From contig CAWBOS010000006.1 in the NCBI GenBank assembly GCA_963790475.1, forward strand, positions 512,001 through 576,000: a stretch of DNA of 64,000 nt, given 5' to 3'. The notes under the pieces were generated by a model. It had not been told where the DNA came from. It saw only the letters and a program-made list of their open reading frames with translations, and did no database searches. The position numbers and the translations under genes were made by a program. This DNA comes from an uncultured delta proteobacterium (GTDB lineage: Bacteria; Desulfobacterota; RBG-13-43-22). Of the stretch, positions 9,585-18,428 are shown one piece after another; the first letter of the stretch is position 1; each line of letters begins with the position of its first letter.

Positions 9585-10844
9585 ATGAATAAGATTGAAA
9601 CAAAAAAACTTAAGAAGGTCAATGAAAAAACCCTTATCGGTACCGTGGACATAGGCAAAACGACCAATATGGGATATGGCCGCTGTCCAGACCGGACGGA
9701 AATCAAACCTTTTGAGTTTTTCAATAATGATCAAGGATTTACGAAATTTTGGAATCGGATGGTTGAGGCCAAAGAGGCCAATCACTTGGAAGAAATCGTG
9801 GTTGGTTTTGAATCCACCGGGTCTTATGGAGAACCCTTGCAACATTTTCTGATGAAACGGCCGGTGACACTGGTTCAGGTTAATCCTATGCATACGAAGA
9901 AGTTGAAGGAAGTCCAGGGTAACTCGCCCAATAAGACGGATAGGAAAGATCCCAAAGTCATTGCGGATATTATTGAGCTGGGTCATGCCCTTACCGTGGT
10001 CATTCCCGAAGGCGCGGCAGCTGAACTTCGCCGACTGACCCATGCCAGGGAGAGAGCCATACGAAGACGAACGGGCCTTTTGAACCAGATTCAGGATTTG
10101 GTCTTTATTGTCTTCCCCGAGTTTCTGCAAGTGATGAAGAATATTAAAACCCGCAGTGCCCAATATCTGTTGCGGCATTATCCGTGCCCGGAAGATATTA
10201 TCCAATGTGGTCTTGGGACCTTGAGGGCCACGCTGAGACGGGTTAGCCGAGGGAAGCTGGATAAAGAGCGAGCCCCGGCCCTTTATGCGGCCGCTGGCCA
10301 TTCCGTAGGTCTTCAAGAAGGCCGCAAGGCGATTCTTTTTGAGATACGAGAACTTCTTTCTGAGATTGAATCTTCTGACCAGTTTATTGAGAAGGCGGAA
10401 CAGGAGATGGCGGCCCTTCTTCCCGAGATCCCCTATAGTCATTCGATTCTGTCCTTGAAAGGGATAGGAGAGGTTACCACCGCCGGACTGATTGGAGAAG
10501 TCGGGGATTTTCGTAAATTTCATACGCTGGCTGAAGTCCTGAAGTTGGCCGGACTGAACCTCTTTGAAATCAGTTCTGGAAGGCACCAAGGGAATCGTCA
10601 TATATCCAAAAGAGGCCGGTCGCTTCTTAGGAAAATCCTCTTTTTTGCCGCTATCAATACGGTTCGAAAAGGGGGAGTGATGCATACGGCCTATCAAAGG
10701 CATCTGGATCAAGGAATGCCCAAGATCAAGGCCCTGGTAGCCATTGCCCGGAAGCTTCTCGGTGTTATTTTTGCCTTGGTGCGTGATCATAACGAATATA
10801 TGGAAAATTATTCAAAAGGAGCAACGTTAAAACTGGCTGCTTAG
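9585..10844 (+). CDS. IS110 family DEDD transposase/recombinase
   Basis: VDIGK, FESTG, KTDRKD (DEDD), LKGIGEVT, SSG (catalytic Ser), ISKRGRSLLR, ALVAIARKL. Confidence 0.95.
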   Translation: MNKIETKKLKKVNEKTLIGTVDIGKTTNMGYGRCPDRTEIKPFEFFNNDQGFTKFWNRMVEAKEANHLEEIVVGFESTGSYGEPLQHFLMKRPVTLVQVNPMHTKKLKEVQGNSPNKTDRKDPKVIADIIELGHALTVVIPEGAAAELRRLTHARERAIRRRTGLLNQIQDLVFIVFPEFLQVMKNIKTRSAQYLLRHYPCPEDIIQCGLGTLRATLRRVSRGKLDKERAPALYAAAGHSVGLQEGRKAILFEIRELLSEIESSDQFIEKAEQEMAALLPEIPYSHSILSLKGIGEVTTAGLIGEVGDFRKFHTLAEVLKLAGLNLFEISSGRHQGNRHISKRGRSLLRKILFFAAINTVRKGGVMHTAYQRHLDQGMPKIKALVAIARKLLGVIFALVRDHNEYMENYSKGATLKLAA

Positions 10845-10849
10845 ACCTT

Positions 10850-11015
10850 CTTAGCGTGTAAGCGGAGAGATTATCGTTTGCGGCATCTAAGGCGACTAAG
10901 TCGACCTTCTCGCAGAGCTTAAATAACTCTCCGCTTGCACCTTAACCCCAATAAAGCAAGGTTAGAGCTCTGTTGAGACTCTCAAATTACCAGAGTTGGG
11001 CAAGGTGTCACTCTA
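10850..11015 (+). ncRNA. Putative bridge/seek RNA in the IS110 right end
   Basis: Two hairpins with internal loops containing target-matching (TTTGCG, CGCAGAG) and donor-matching (AGCAAG, ACCAG) segments. Confidence 0.7.
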
Positions 11016-11070
11016 AGATAGTTACCAGTTTGTTTAATAATATTTAAAAAACTCTTGACAACAATAAACC

Positions 11071-11250
11071 AGACGCAAAGAACGCAGAGAGATTTTTTTG
11101 AACAATTCCAAGAGAGACGGGATTGTTCAAACCAGCTCTGGCCTCCAGCCAAACTGACCTCTGGAGGGTAGCGAAGGCTTTTCCCTTTCTGGCCTCTCAA
11201 CAGAAAGGGAAAATTATTTCTTCTTTGCGCCCTTTGCGACTTTGCGGTGA
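11071..11250 (+). repeat. Palindromic intergenic repeat (TTCACCGCAGAGACGC...GCGGTGA family) interrupted by IS110; 5' tip at 9461-9472
   Basis: Terminal inverted repeats; homologous to 59196-59379 and 46836-47027. Confidence 0.85.
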
Positions 11251-11292
11251 GAATATTAATTTTAAAATTTAAAAGGCAAACTGATACAAATT

Positions 11293-13020
11293 ATGAAAGT
11301 CCGTCTGGCAAAAAAGGCCGGGTTTTGTATGGGGGTCCGCCGGGCAATGGAACTGGCCCTGGAGGCCAGCTATCATTTTCCCGACCCCGTTTACACCTAT
11401 GGGCCCTTGATCCATAATCCGCAGGTTTTATCGATGCTGGAAAAAAAAGGCATCCGAATCCTGGACCCTGTTGAAGATCGGCAAACGGGCACGGTCATTA
11501 TCAGGGCCCACGGCATAGCTCCCCTGGATCACGAGCGGTTGAAAAAGAGCGCCTGTACCATCATTGACGCCACTTGTCCCAGGGTGATTAAGGTCCAGGC
11601 CATTATCCGGAAATACGCCCAGGAAGGATATACCACGATCATTGTCGGTGATCGGGATCATCCGGAAGTCATCGGGCTGCTGGGCTATTCTAAAGGCCAG
11701 GGGATTGTCCTGACCCATCTGGATCAGGTTAAAGACCTGCCGGATTTAGACCAGGTGATTGTGGTGGCCCAAACTACCCAGGACGAATCCCTCTTTCAGG
11801 CGGTGGTTGAAAAAATAAGAGATCGGTTTCCCAACAGCCTGGTTTTTAATACCATCTGTAATGCCACTCATCAACGGCAGGAAGAGGTGCGCAACCTGGC
11901 TCGGCAGGTGGACGGGTTGGTCATCGTGGGGGGCTACAACAGCGGGAATACCCGGCGTCTGGTGGCGATCGCCGAATCCGTGGGTACCCCTTGCTTTCAC
12001 GTGGAGTCGGATGACCAATTGGATAAGAAAGAAATCAGCCGGTTCAAGACCGTCGGGGTTACCGCCGGGGCCTCAACCCCCAACTGGATGATTCGAAAAG
12101 TGGTCCAGGAACTGGAGATAACCAAGGGACAGGGCGAATATGTCTGGAGTGCCTTTCTCTTTCGCTGGGTACGTTTCTCGTTAAAGAGTAATCTGATGGT
12201 CGCCCTGGGGGCCGGGTGTTTGACCCTGGCGGCCTCCCGGTTACGGCAGACCCCTTTAAACTGGATATACTTTGCCGTAACTTTTTTCCATATTTATGCT
12301 ATGCACATTCTGAATCATCTCCTCGATCGAGGGGCCGCGGAATATAACGATCCGGATCGTTCTCGATTCTATCAGACGTACCGATCGGCGTTCTTCATTT
12401 CAGGGGCCGGGGCCGCAGTATTTTCCTTGGCCCTGGCCTTGACCCTGGGTTGGGCACCGTTCTTTTTCCTGGCGGCCATGAGCGCCCTGGGTATCCTCTA
12501 TAGTTTTCAGATCGTGCCGGCAGTTTGGCAGCGCTTTACAAGGATGAAAAAAATCAAAGACATCCCCGCCTCCAAAACGCTTTCCGTGGCCCTGGGTTGG
12601 GGCGGCGTAACCACCCTGATCCCGGCCATGGCCGAACATCAGCCGCTGAGTCTTTCCCTGGTTATTATCTTTTTTATCATTTGTTCTTTTGTTTATATCC
12701 GTTCCGGTCTTTTTGATGTCTTGGATATCCAGGGGGATTTGATCGTCGGCAAGGAGACCCTCCCGATCATTATCGGAGAAGAAAAAACCATCCGTTTCCT
12801 GAAAAGGTTAAGCCTGGGGACGATGCTCGGCTTATCGGCAAGCGCCCTGGGGGGTCTTCTGCCCCATTGGAGCCTATGGCTTTTGATCTGTCTTTTGTAT
12901 CAATTTGGTTTTTTAATCATTTATGAAAAGAACCGGGCTTTGCCCGGGAATGTCTTTTTCGAAGCGATGGTGGAAGCCGGGTTTATCCTGGCCGGATTGG
13001 CAGCCCTCTTAATACCTTAG
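11293..13020 (+). CDS. ispH: 4-hydroxy-3-methylbut-2-enyl diphosphate reductase fused to a C-terminal UbiA-family prenyltransferase domain
   Basis: AGFCMGV, DATCPRV, TICNAT, GVTAGASTP; C-terminal multi-TM with NHLLDR and DVLDIQGD...TLP motifs. Confidence 0.9.
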   Translation: MKVRLAKKAGFCMGVRRAMELALEASYHFPDPVYTYGPLIHNPQVLSMLEKKGIRILDPVEDRQTGTVIIRAHGIAPLDHERLKKSACTIIDATCPRVIKVQAIIRKYAQEGYTTIIVGDRDHPEVIGLLGYSKGQGIVLTHLDQVKDLPDLDQVIVVAQTTQDESLFQAVVEKIRDRFPNSLVFNTICNATHQRQEEVRNLARQVDGLVIVGGYNSGNTRRLVAIAESVGTPCFHVESDDQLDKKEISRFKTVGVTAGASTPNWMIRKVVQELEITKGQGEYVWSAFLFRWVRFSLKSNLMVALGAGCLTLAASRLRQTPLNWIYFAVTFFHIYAMHILNHLLDRGAAEYNDPDRSRFYQTYRSAFFISGAGAAVFSLALALTLGWAPFFFLAAMSALGILYSFQIVPAVWQRFTRMKKIKDIPASKTLSVALGWGGVTTLIPAMAEHQPLSLSLVIIFFIICSFVYIRSGLFDVLDIQGDLIVGKETLPIIIGEEKTIRFLKRLSLGTMLGLSASALGGLLPHWSLWLLICLLYQFGFLIIYEKNRALPGNVFFEAMVEAGFILAGLAALLIP

Positions 13021-13029
13021 AAAAACAAG

Positions 13030-13869
13030 ATGTCCCTTCCCCTCGTCAGTGTAATTGTTCCCACTTACAACCGGTCTTCCCTGGTCCTTGAGGCCGTTGA
13101 TTCGGTCCTTAAGCAGACCTTCAGGGGCTTTGAGTTGATCGTGGTCGATGACGGGTCCAGTGATGGAACGGCAGAGGCCCTTAACCCCTATAAAGACCGA
13201 TTTGTATATTGCCTCCAGGACAATCGGGGGGTCAGTGCAGCACGCAATCAGGGCATCCGGATGGCACGGGGGCAATGGATTGCCTTTCTGGATTCCGACG
13301 ACCTCTGGCTGCCCGAAAAACTGGAAACTCAGATTCATTTCTTTTCCCAAAACCCGGAAGCCCTGATTTGCCAGACGCAAGAGATCTGGATTCGCAACGG
13401 CCGCCGGTTGATTCCCCTCAAAAAACATCAAAAATTTTCCGGCGATATTTTTGCCCCTTCTCTCCGGCTTTGTCTGGTCAGTCCTTCGGCGGTGATGATT
13501 AAGAAAGATTTGTTGGAGCGGGTGGGCTGTTTTGATGAGGCCCTGACGGCCTGTGAAGATTATGACTTGTGGCTCAGGATTTCAGCCCAATTCCCCGTTT
13601 TTTTGATCGACCAGCCCCTGGTGGTCAAACGGGGCGGACACCCGGACCAGCTTTCCCGAACCACACCGGCCCTGGATCGCTTTCGCATCCAGACCCTGAT
13701 TAAAATCCTGAATTCCAGGGAGTTAACGGTCCCCCAATACAACCTGGCCTCTAAGGAATTGGAAACCAAATGCCGGATTTATGGACAGGGATGCTTGAAA
13801 CGGGGCCGGATGGAGGAAGGCAACTTTTATCTTCGTCTGCCGGGTTCAATATTAAAGGCCCCATTTTAA
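13030..13869 (+). CDS. Glycosyltransferase family 2
   Basis: VSVIVPTYNR, VVDDGSSDGT, FLDSDD, EDYDLWLR. Confidence 0.92.
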   Translation: MSLPLVSVIVPTYNRSSLVLEAVDSVLKQTFRGFELIVVDDGSSDGTAEALNPYKDRFVYCLQDNRGVSAARNQGIRMARGQWIAFLDSDDLWLPEKLETQIHFFSQNPEALICQTQEIWIRNGRRLIPLKKHQKFSGDIFAPSLRLCLVSPSAVMIKKDLLERVGCFDEALTACEDYDLWLRISAQFPVFLIDQPLVVKRGGHPDQLSRTTPALDRFRIQTLIKILNSRELTVPQYNLASKELETKCRIYGQGCLKRGRMEEGNFYLRLPGSILKAPF

Positions 13870-14064
13870 GGCGAGCGCTTCAATTTCAGATCAAGACTAA
13901 TCTAAGACCCCTAATGATAAGTCCCGTAGAACCTTTAACCCTTCTCGTCCGATTCTGTTTTTCCTTGCCGGCTTTCCTATTGCCTTTCTAATAAATTCAT
14001 TTAATAATACCTTAATAGACTTAGAATCCTGGTGACAAGATTTTATTCCCTGGGGAAAGCCCTT

Positions 14065-16431
14065 ATGATTTCTGAAAATTTTCTTGAACTGCTGGAATAT
14101 CGCAAGCTCCTGGTGATCATAGCTGAACAGGCCCGTTGCCCGGCTACCCGTCAGGCGGTTTTGGCAATCCGCCCTTATGGAAACCTGCCTGATATCCGGC
14201 AACGTCAGCGCCTGGTGGAAGAACTGAGAAGGCTAACGGCGGAAGGGGCCCCCTTGCTGATTTTCAACTTTGCCGATATCAAACCATTTCTGGAAAAGGC
14301 CCGGCCCGTTGGGGCGGTCCTGGACCCCTTGGAACTTTCGGCCTTTATGCCTCTGATGCAATTATCCTCGGCCATAGCTGGCCAAATAAGAGAAGCCGAA
14401 GAAATCCCGTATTTAAAAATACTGACCCGGAATTTAAAAGGTTTTCCTGAGCTGATGGCCTTTCTGGAAAGGGCCTTGGATCAGGAAGGCAATATCCTGG
14501 ACCAGGCCTCCCCTTTACTGGCGGAGTTAAGAAGAGAGATCCGGCAATTGGAGGCCCAGATCCGCAGGAAATTGGAGGAGATCGTTCGAGAGCCCCGGGT
14601 TGAGGCATTTTTACAGGATGATTTTATCACCCAGAGGTCAGGACGGTGGGTCATCCCGGTGCGTATGGATTCCAAAACCCAGATTCCGGGAGTGGTACAC
14701 GATGTCTCCAGAACCGGTGAAACGGCCTTTGTCGAACCCTTGAATATAATCAGCCTGGCCAACCAATTGGAAAATTTGATGGCCGAGGAAAAGGCCGAGG
14801 TGATCCGCATCCTTCGGGAACTTTCCATCATGGTTCGCCAAAAAGCCGATGAAATAGAAAACGAACAAGCCATTCTGGTCCATTTGGATCTCCTTTCCTG
14901 CCTGGCCCATCTGGCCGATCGGATGCGTATGGAGACGCCGGAGATTCATGAGGGAACCGGAATACATCTGATCAACGCCCGTCACCCTTTGCTTTCCCTT
15001 TCCTTCGAAAAAAAGGGACCCGGGAAACAGGTCGTTCCCCTGAATCTTGAACTGGGCACGGAGACCACCGTGATGGTTATTACCGGAGTCAATGCCGGTG
15101 GAAAGACCATTGCCCTCAAAACCAGCGGACTGCTCCTGCTTATGGCCCTTTCCGGGATGCCGGTTCCGGCTGACTCGGCCTCGAGGTTTCCCTTGGTGGA
15201 TGGTCTTCTGGCGGATATCGGGGACGAACAATCCATTGAAAGCAGCCTCTCCACTTTTTCGGCGCATATCCAAAGGATTACCGGCATCATCGATCAGGCC
15301 GATGAAAGGACCCTGGTGCTGATGGATGAACTGGGGACCAGCACGGACCCGGTGGAAGGGGCAGCCATTGCCTGCGCCGTGTTAAAAGATCTGCAAGACA
15401 AAGGGGCTTTGGTCATGGGCACAACCCACCTGACCGAAATCAAAGGGTTTGTGCATCGCAGCGCGGGAATGGTCAATGCCTCCATGGAATTTGATCAAAA
15501 GACGCTTACTCCCTTGTATCGACTGCGGATGGGTGAGCCGGGTCAATCCCATGCCCTGGAAATCGCCAGGCAGTATGGTCTTCCGGAAACGATTCTGGAA
15601 ACGGCCCACAAACTGTTGAGCGGGCGGGAAGAGGGTTTTGAACAATTAGTGGCCGATTTGAACCTGAAGAGAAGGGAATATGAAACCGGCCTTGAGGAAT
15701 TAAAAAGGCTCCAGGGACACCTGGCCGAGGAAAACCGGAGAATAGAAGGGATACTCACCGAAACGGAAAAGCAGCAGAAAGAGATCCTGGCCAAGGCCTA
15801 TCTGGAGGCCATGGAGATTGCCGCTCAGACCAAACGGCAGATGAATCTTCTTTTGGAAGATATTAAAAAAACGGATAAGGCGACCCGGCGTTTGGCTCTT
15901 CAAAAATTAAGGGAAGAAGAGGAGGCCCTGTCCAGGAAACTGAGGGAATTTAAGGGCCAGAGGGAGGATGGCCCGGCCATAGAGTCTCTCCGCGAAGGGG
16001 ATCGCATCTTTATCCGCTCCCTGGGCTGTGATGCTGAAGTACTGGCTGTTTCGTTAAAACATAATCGTATAAAGGTGATGGTGGAAGGCCGGGAAATCGA
16101 GGTCCCCATAACGGATGTGGGATTTAAAGAAGGTAAATCAGGGCCGCATAAAAAAGCATCCGCATCGGCACTGGCTTTTCAGGAAACGACCCCTTCCCGA
16201 ATCAACCTGATCGGCCAGAGGGTGGACGATGCCCTGTATCTGATCGAACCCTTTCTGAATCATGCCTCTTTAGACGGTTTGCCGGAAGTCACCATCGTTC
16301 ACGGAATCGGCACCAGGATTTTGGCCAAGGCGGTACGCGATTTTTTGAAGGGCCACCCTTTGGTGAAAGGATTCCGAAAAGGGGATCGTTCCGAAGGGGG
16401 GGAAGGAGTCACTATCGCCGGGTTGGAATAG
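14065..16431 (+). CDS. mutS2: Endonuclease MutS2
   Basis: ITGVNAGGKT, DIGDEQSIESSLSTFS, DELGTSTDP, C-terminal Smr IVHGIGT. Confidence 0.95.
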   Translation: MISENFLELLEYRKLLVIIAEQARCPATRQAVLAIRPYGNLPDIRQRQRLVEELRRLTAEGAPLLIFNFADIKPFLEKARPVGAVLDPLELSAFMPLMQLSSAIAGQIREAEEIPYLKILTRNLKGFPELMAFLERALDQEGNILDQASPLLAELRREIRQLEAQIRRKLEEIVREPRVEAFLQDDFITQRSGRWVIPVRMDSKTQIPGVVHDVSRTGETAFVEPLNIISLANQLENLMAEEKAEVIRILRELSIMVRQKADEIENEQAILVHLDLLSCLAHLADRMRMETPEIHEGTGIHLINARHPLLSLSFEKKGPGKQVVPLNLELGTETTVMVITGVNAGGKTIALKTSGLLLLMALSGMPVPADSASRFPLVDGLLADIGDEQSIESSLSTFSAHIQRITGIIDQADERTLVLMDELGTSTDPVEGAAIACAVLKDLQDKGALVMGTTHLTEIKGFVHRSAGMVNASMEFDQKTLTPLYRLRMGEPGQSHALEIARQYGLPETILETAHKLLSGREEGFEQLVADLNLKRREYETGLEELKRLQGHLAEENRRIEGILTETEKQQKEILAKAYLEAMEIAAQTKRQMNLLLEDIKKTDKATRRLALQKLREEEEALSRKLREFKGQREDGPAIESLREGDRIFIRSLGCDAEVLAVSLKHNRIKVMVEGREIEVPITDVGFKEGKSGPHKKASASALAFQETTPSRINLIGQRVDDALYLIEPFLNHASLDGLPEVTIVHGIGTRILAKAVRDFLKGHPLVKGFRKGDRSEGGEGVTIAGLE

Positions 16432-16442
16432 ATGTCTTCTAG

Positions 16443-18108
16443 GAGCCTGTCGGACTTAAATTTGTCCGGTTAAATTTTCGTTTAAAAAATCTATTAAAAA
16501 TGTGCTCAAAAGACAAGATTTCTCTTGGCATAAGTTGGATTCTATGATAAAATACAAATTAATTCAATTAGTTAAATATATTCGACTTTAAAATTACGTA
16601 GAGAGAAAATATGAATCCTCCACGATTTAAGTGTTGTGACCGCGATACCCTATACCTGATGCCTCCCTCTATTCATGATTGGCTACCACGAAATCACTTG
16701 GCCAGATTTATTGTGGAGGTGGTCACCAAACTTGACTTGAGGCCCATCGAAAACGCCTACGACGGCCGGGGTTCCGAGGCTTATTCTCCGACCATGCTGG
16801 TGGCATTGTTGTTTTACGGTTATGCCACGGGCGTCTTCTCCAGCCGCAAACTGGAATTGGCCACCCATGAGTCGGTAGCTTTTCGTTATATTACGGCCAA
16901 TCAACACCCGGATCATGACACGATAGCTGCCTTCCGCAAACGTTTTCTGGAAGAGTTAAAGCCTCTATTCGCCCAGATCCTGATGATTGCTCAAACAATG
17001 GGTATAGCCAAACTGGGCCAAGTGGCCTTAGACGGAACTAAGATCAAGGCCAATGCCTCCCAACATAAGGCCTTGAGTTGGGATCATGCCTGTAAACTGG
17101 AACAACAGATTCAGGCAGAAGTTGACTCGCTCTTACGTCAGGCCGAAGTAGCGGACCGGGAAGCGGTTCCCGAAGGGATGAGTATCCCGGAGGAACTTTC
17201 TCGAAGAGGGAAACGGCTTGAAACTATAGAACTGGCCAAGCGAGAGATTGAACGTCGAGCCGCTGAGCGTTATGCCAAAGAGCAAGAAGTCTACGACCAA
17301 AAGATGGCCGAACGTTATGCCAAGGAGCAAGAGGGTGGTAAGAAACCCCGAGGACGTGAACCTAAACCACCCGAGTCCGGCCCTAAAAAAACCGATCAAG
17401 TGAATCTGACCGATGAAGATTCCCGGATTATGCCCGCTGCCGGCGGGACCTTTGAACAAGCTTACAACGCCCAAGCCGGGGTGGATCTTTCAACCATGCT
17501 TATTGTCGAAAATCATGTTACCCAACAACCCAATGACAAGCAAGAAATCCAGACGACCTTGGAAAACCTGATTTCCTTACCAGACCAGTTAGGCACGGTG
17601 GACACCCTAGTGGCCGATTCAGGCTATTTTAGTGAGGCCAACCTGGATAAGTGCGCAGCCGAGCAGATTACCCCCTATATTGCTGTAAATCGTGAAAAAC
17701 ACAATATTCCCTTAGAAGAACGTTTCGCCCAGCCCGAACCTTTGCCGGAAGAGGCTGATGTGCTTACCCGAATGAAGCATCGGCTAAAAACATCAGAGGG
17801 CAAAAAGATATACGCCCAGCGGAAGAGTACGGTCGAACCGCTATTCGGCATTATCAAGGCCATTATGGGCTTTCGACAATTTTTCCTTCGCGGGTTAGAG
17901 ATGGTCAGCGGCGAATGGAATTTAGTCTGTATGGCCTACAACTTAAAAAGAATGTATGCCCTAGCTGCCAAATAAAAAAATCCACAAAGAAAAATTACAA
18001 AAAAAGGCCTTATTCTATTATCTTGAACTTACTATAACCCTTTGGAGTCCTCAAAATAAAATCGGACCTCTCGGGAGACAATATCTTTAGCTCAAGATCG
18101 ACAGGCTC
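16443..18108 (+). mobile_element. IS1182-family insertion sequence
   Basis: Terminal IR GAGCCTGTCG / CGACAGGCTC; CTAG duplicated at 16439-16442 and 18109-18112. Confidence 0.9.
16611..17975 (+). CDS. IS1182 family transposase
   Basis: SSRKLE, PDHDTIAAFR, LDGTKIKANAS, ADSGYFS, RKSTVEP motifs. Confidence 0.95.
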   Translation: MNPPRFKCCDRDTLYLMPPSIHDWLPRNHLARFIVEVVTKLDLRPIENAYDGRGSEAYSPTMLVALLFYGYATGVFSSRKLELATHESVAFRYITANQHPDHDTIAAFRKRFLEELKPLFAQILMIAQTMGIAKLGQVALDGTKIKANASQHKALSWDHACKLEQQIQAEVDSLLRQAEVADREAVPEGMSIPEELSRRGKRLETIELAKREIERRAAERYAKEQEVYDQKMAERYAKEQEGGKKPRGREPKPPESGPKKTDQVNLTDEDSRIMPAAGGTFEQAYNAQAGVDLSTMLIVENHVTQQPNDKQEIQTTLENLISLPDQLGTVDTLVADSGYFSEANLDKCAAEQITPYIAVNREKHNIPLEERFAQPEPLPEEADVLTRMKHRLKTSEGKKIYAQRKSTVEPLFGIIKAIMGFRQFFLRGLEMVSGEWNLVCMAYNLKRMYALAAK

Positions 18109-18428
18109 CTAGGTTCCGTAAATTTGAGGAGGGCCGAAGTCAGGTCCATTTTCTTTGCATTTACTGTAACGCGGGACGCTCTTTTAAAATTTAGTAACTT
18201 AAAAGATGCCGAGAGCATCTATCCTTACTGTCCTTGGCATAATATGTTTTTGACCATAGCCAGACAGTTTGTTAATTGAAGTATTAAAGATTGTCCCTTC
18301 TTTTTAGGGGATATGATAGGATAATATGTTAGTATAGGCTTCAGGGAAATTTGGGAAAAAATGTAACCCCGGGGTGTCTGTTTTGACCCGGAGCAGAAAA
18401 AATCAAAGTGGATCGGAAAGGAGGAAAA

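Larger units (their letters stand above)
9473..11070 (+). mobile_element. IS110-family element copy 1 (1598 bp plus AG core)
   Basis: Ends defined by comparison with the inverted copy at 59380-60977; AG at both junctions (9471-9472, 11071-11072). Confidence 0.93.

Noticed and set aside
9495-10790. 431-aa antisense ORF in IS110 (also 59660-60955)
   Set aside because: Shadow of the transposase frame with no recognisable motifs; its presence in both copies only reflects their identity.
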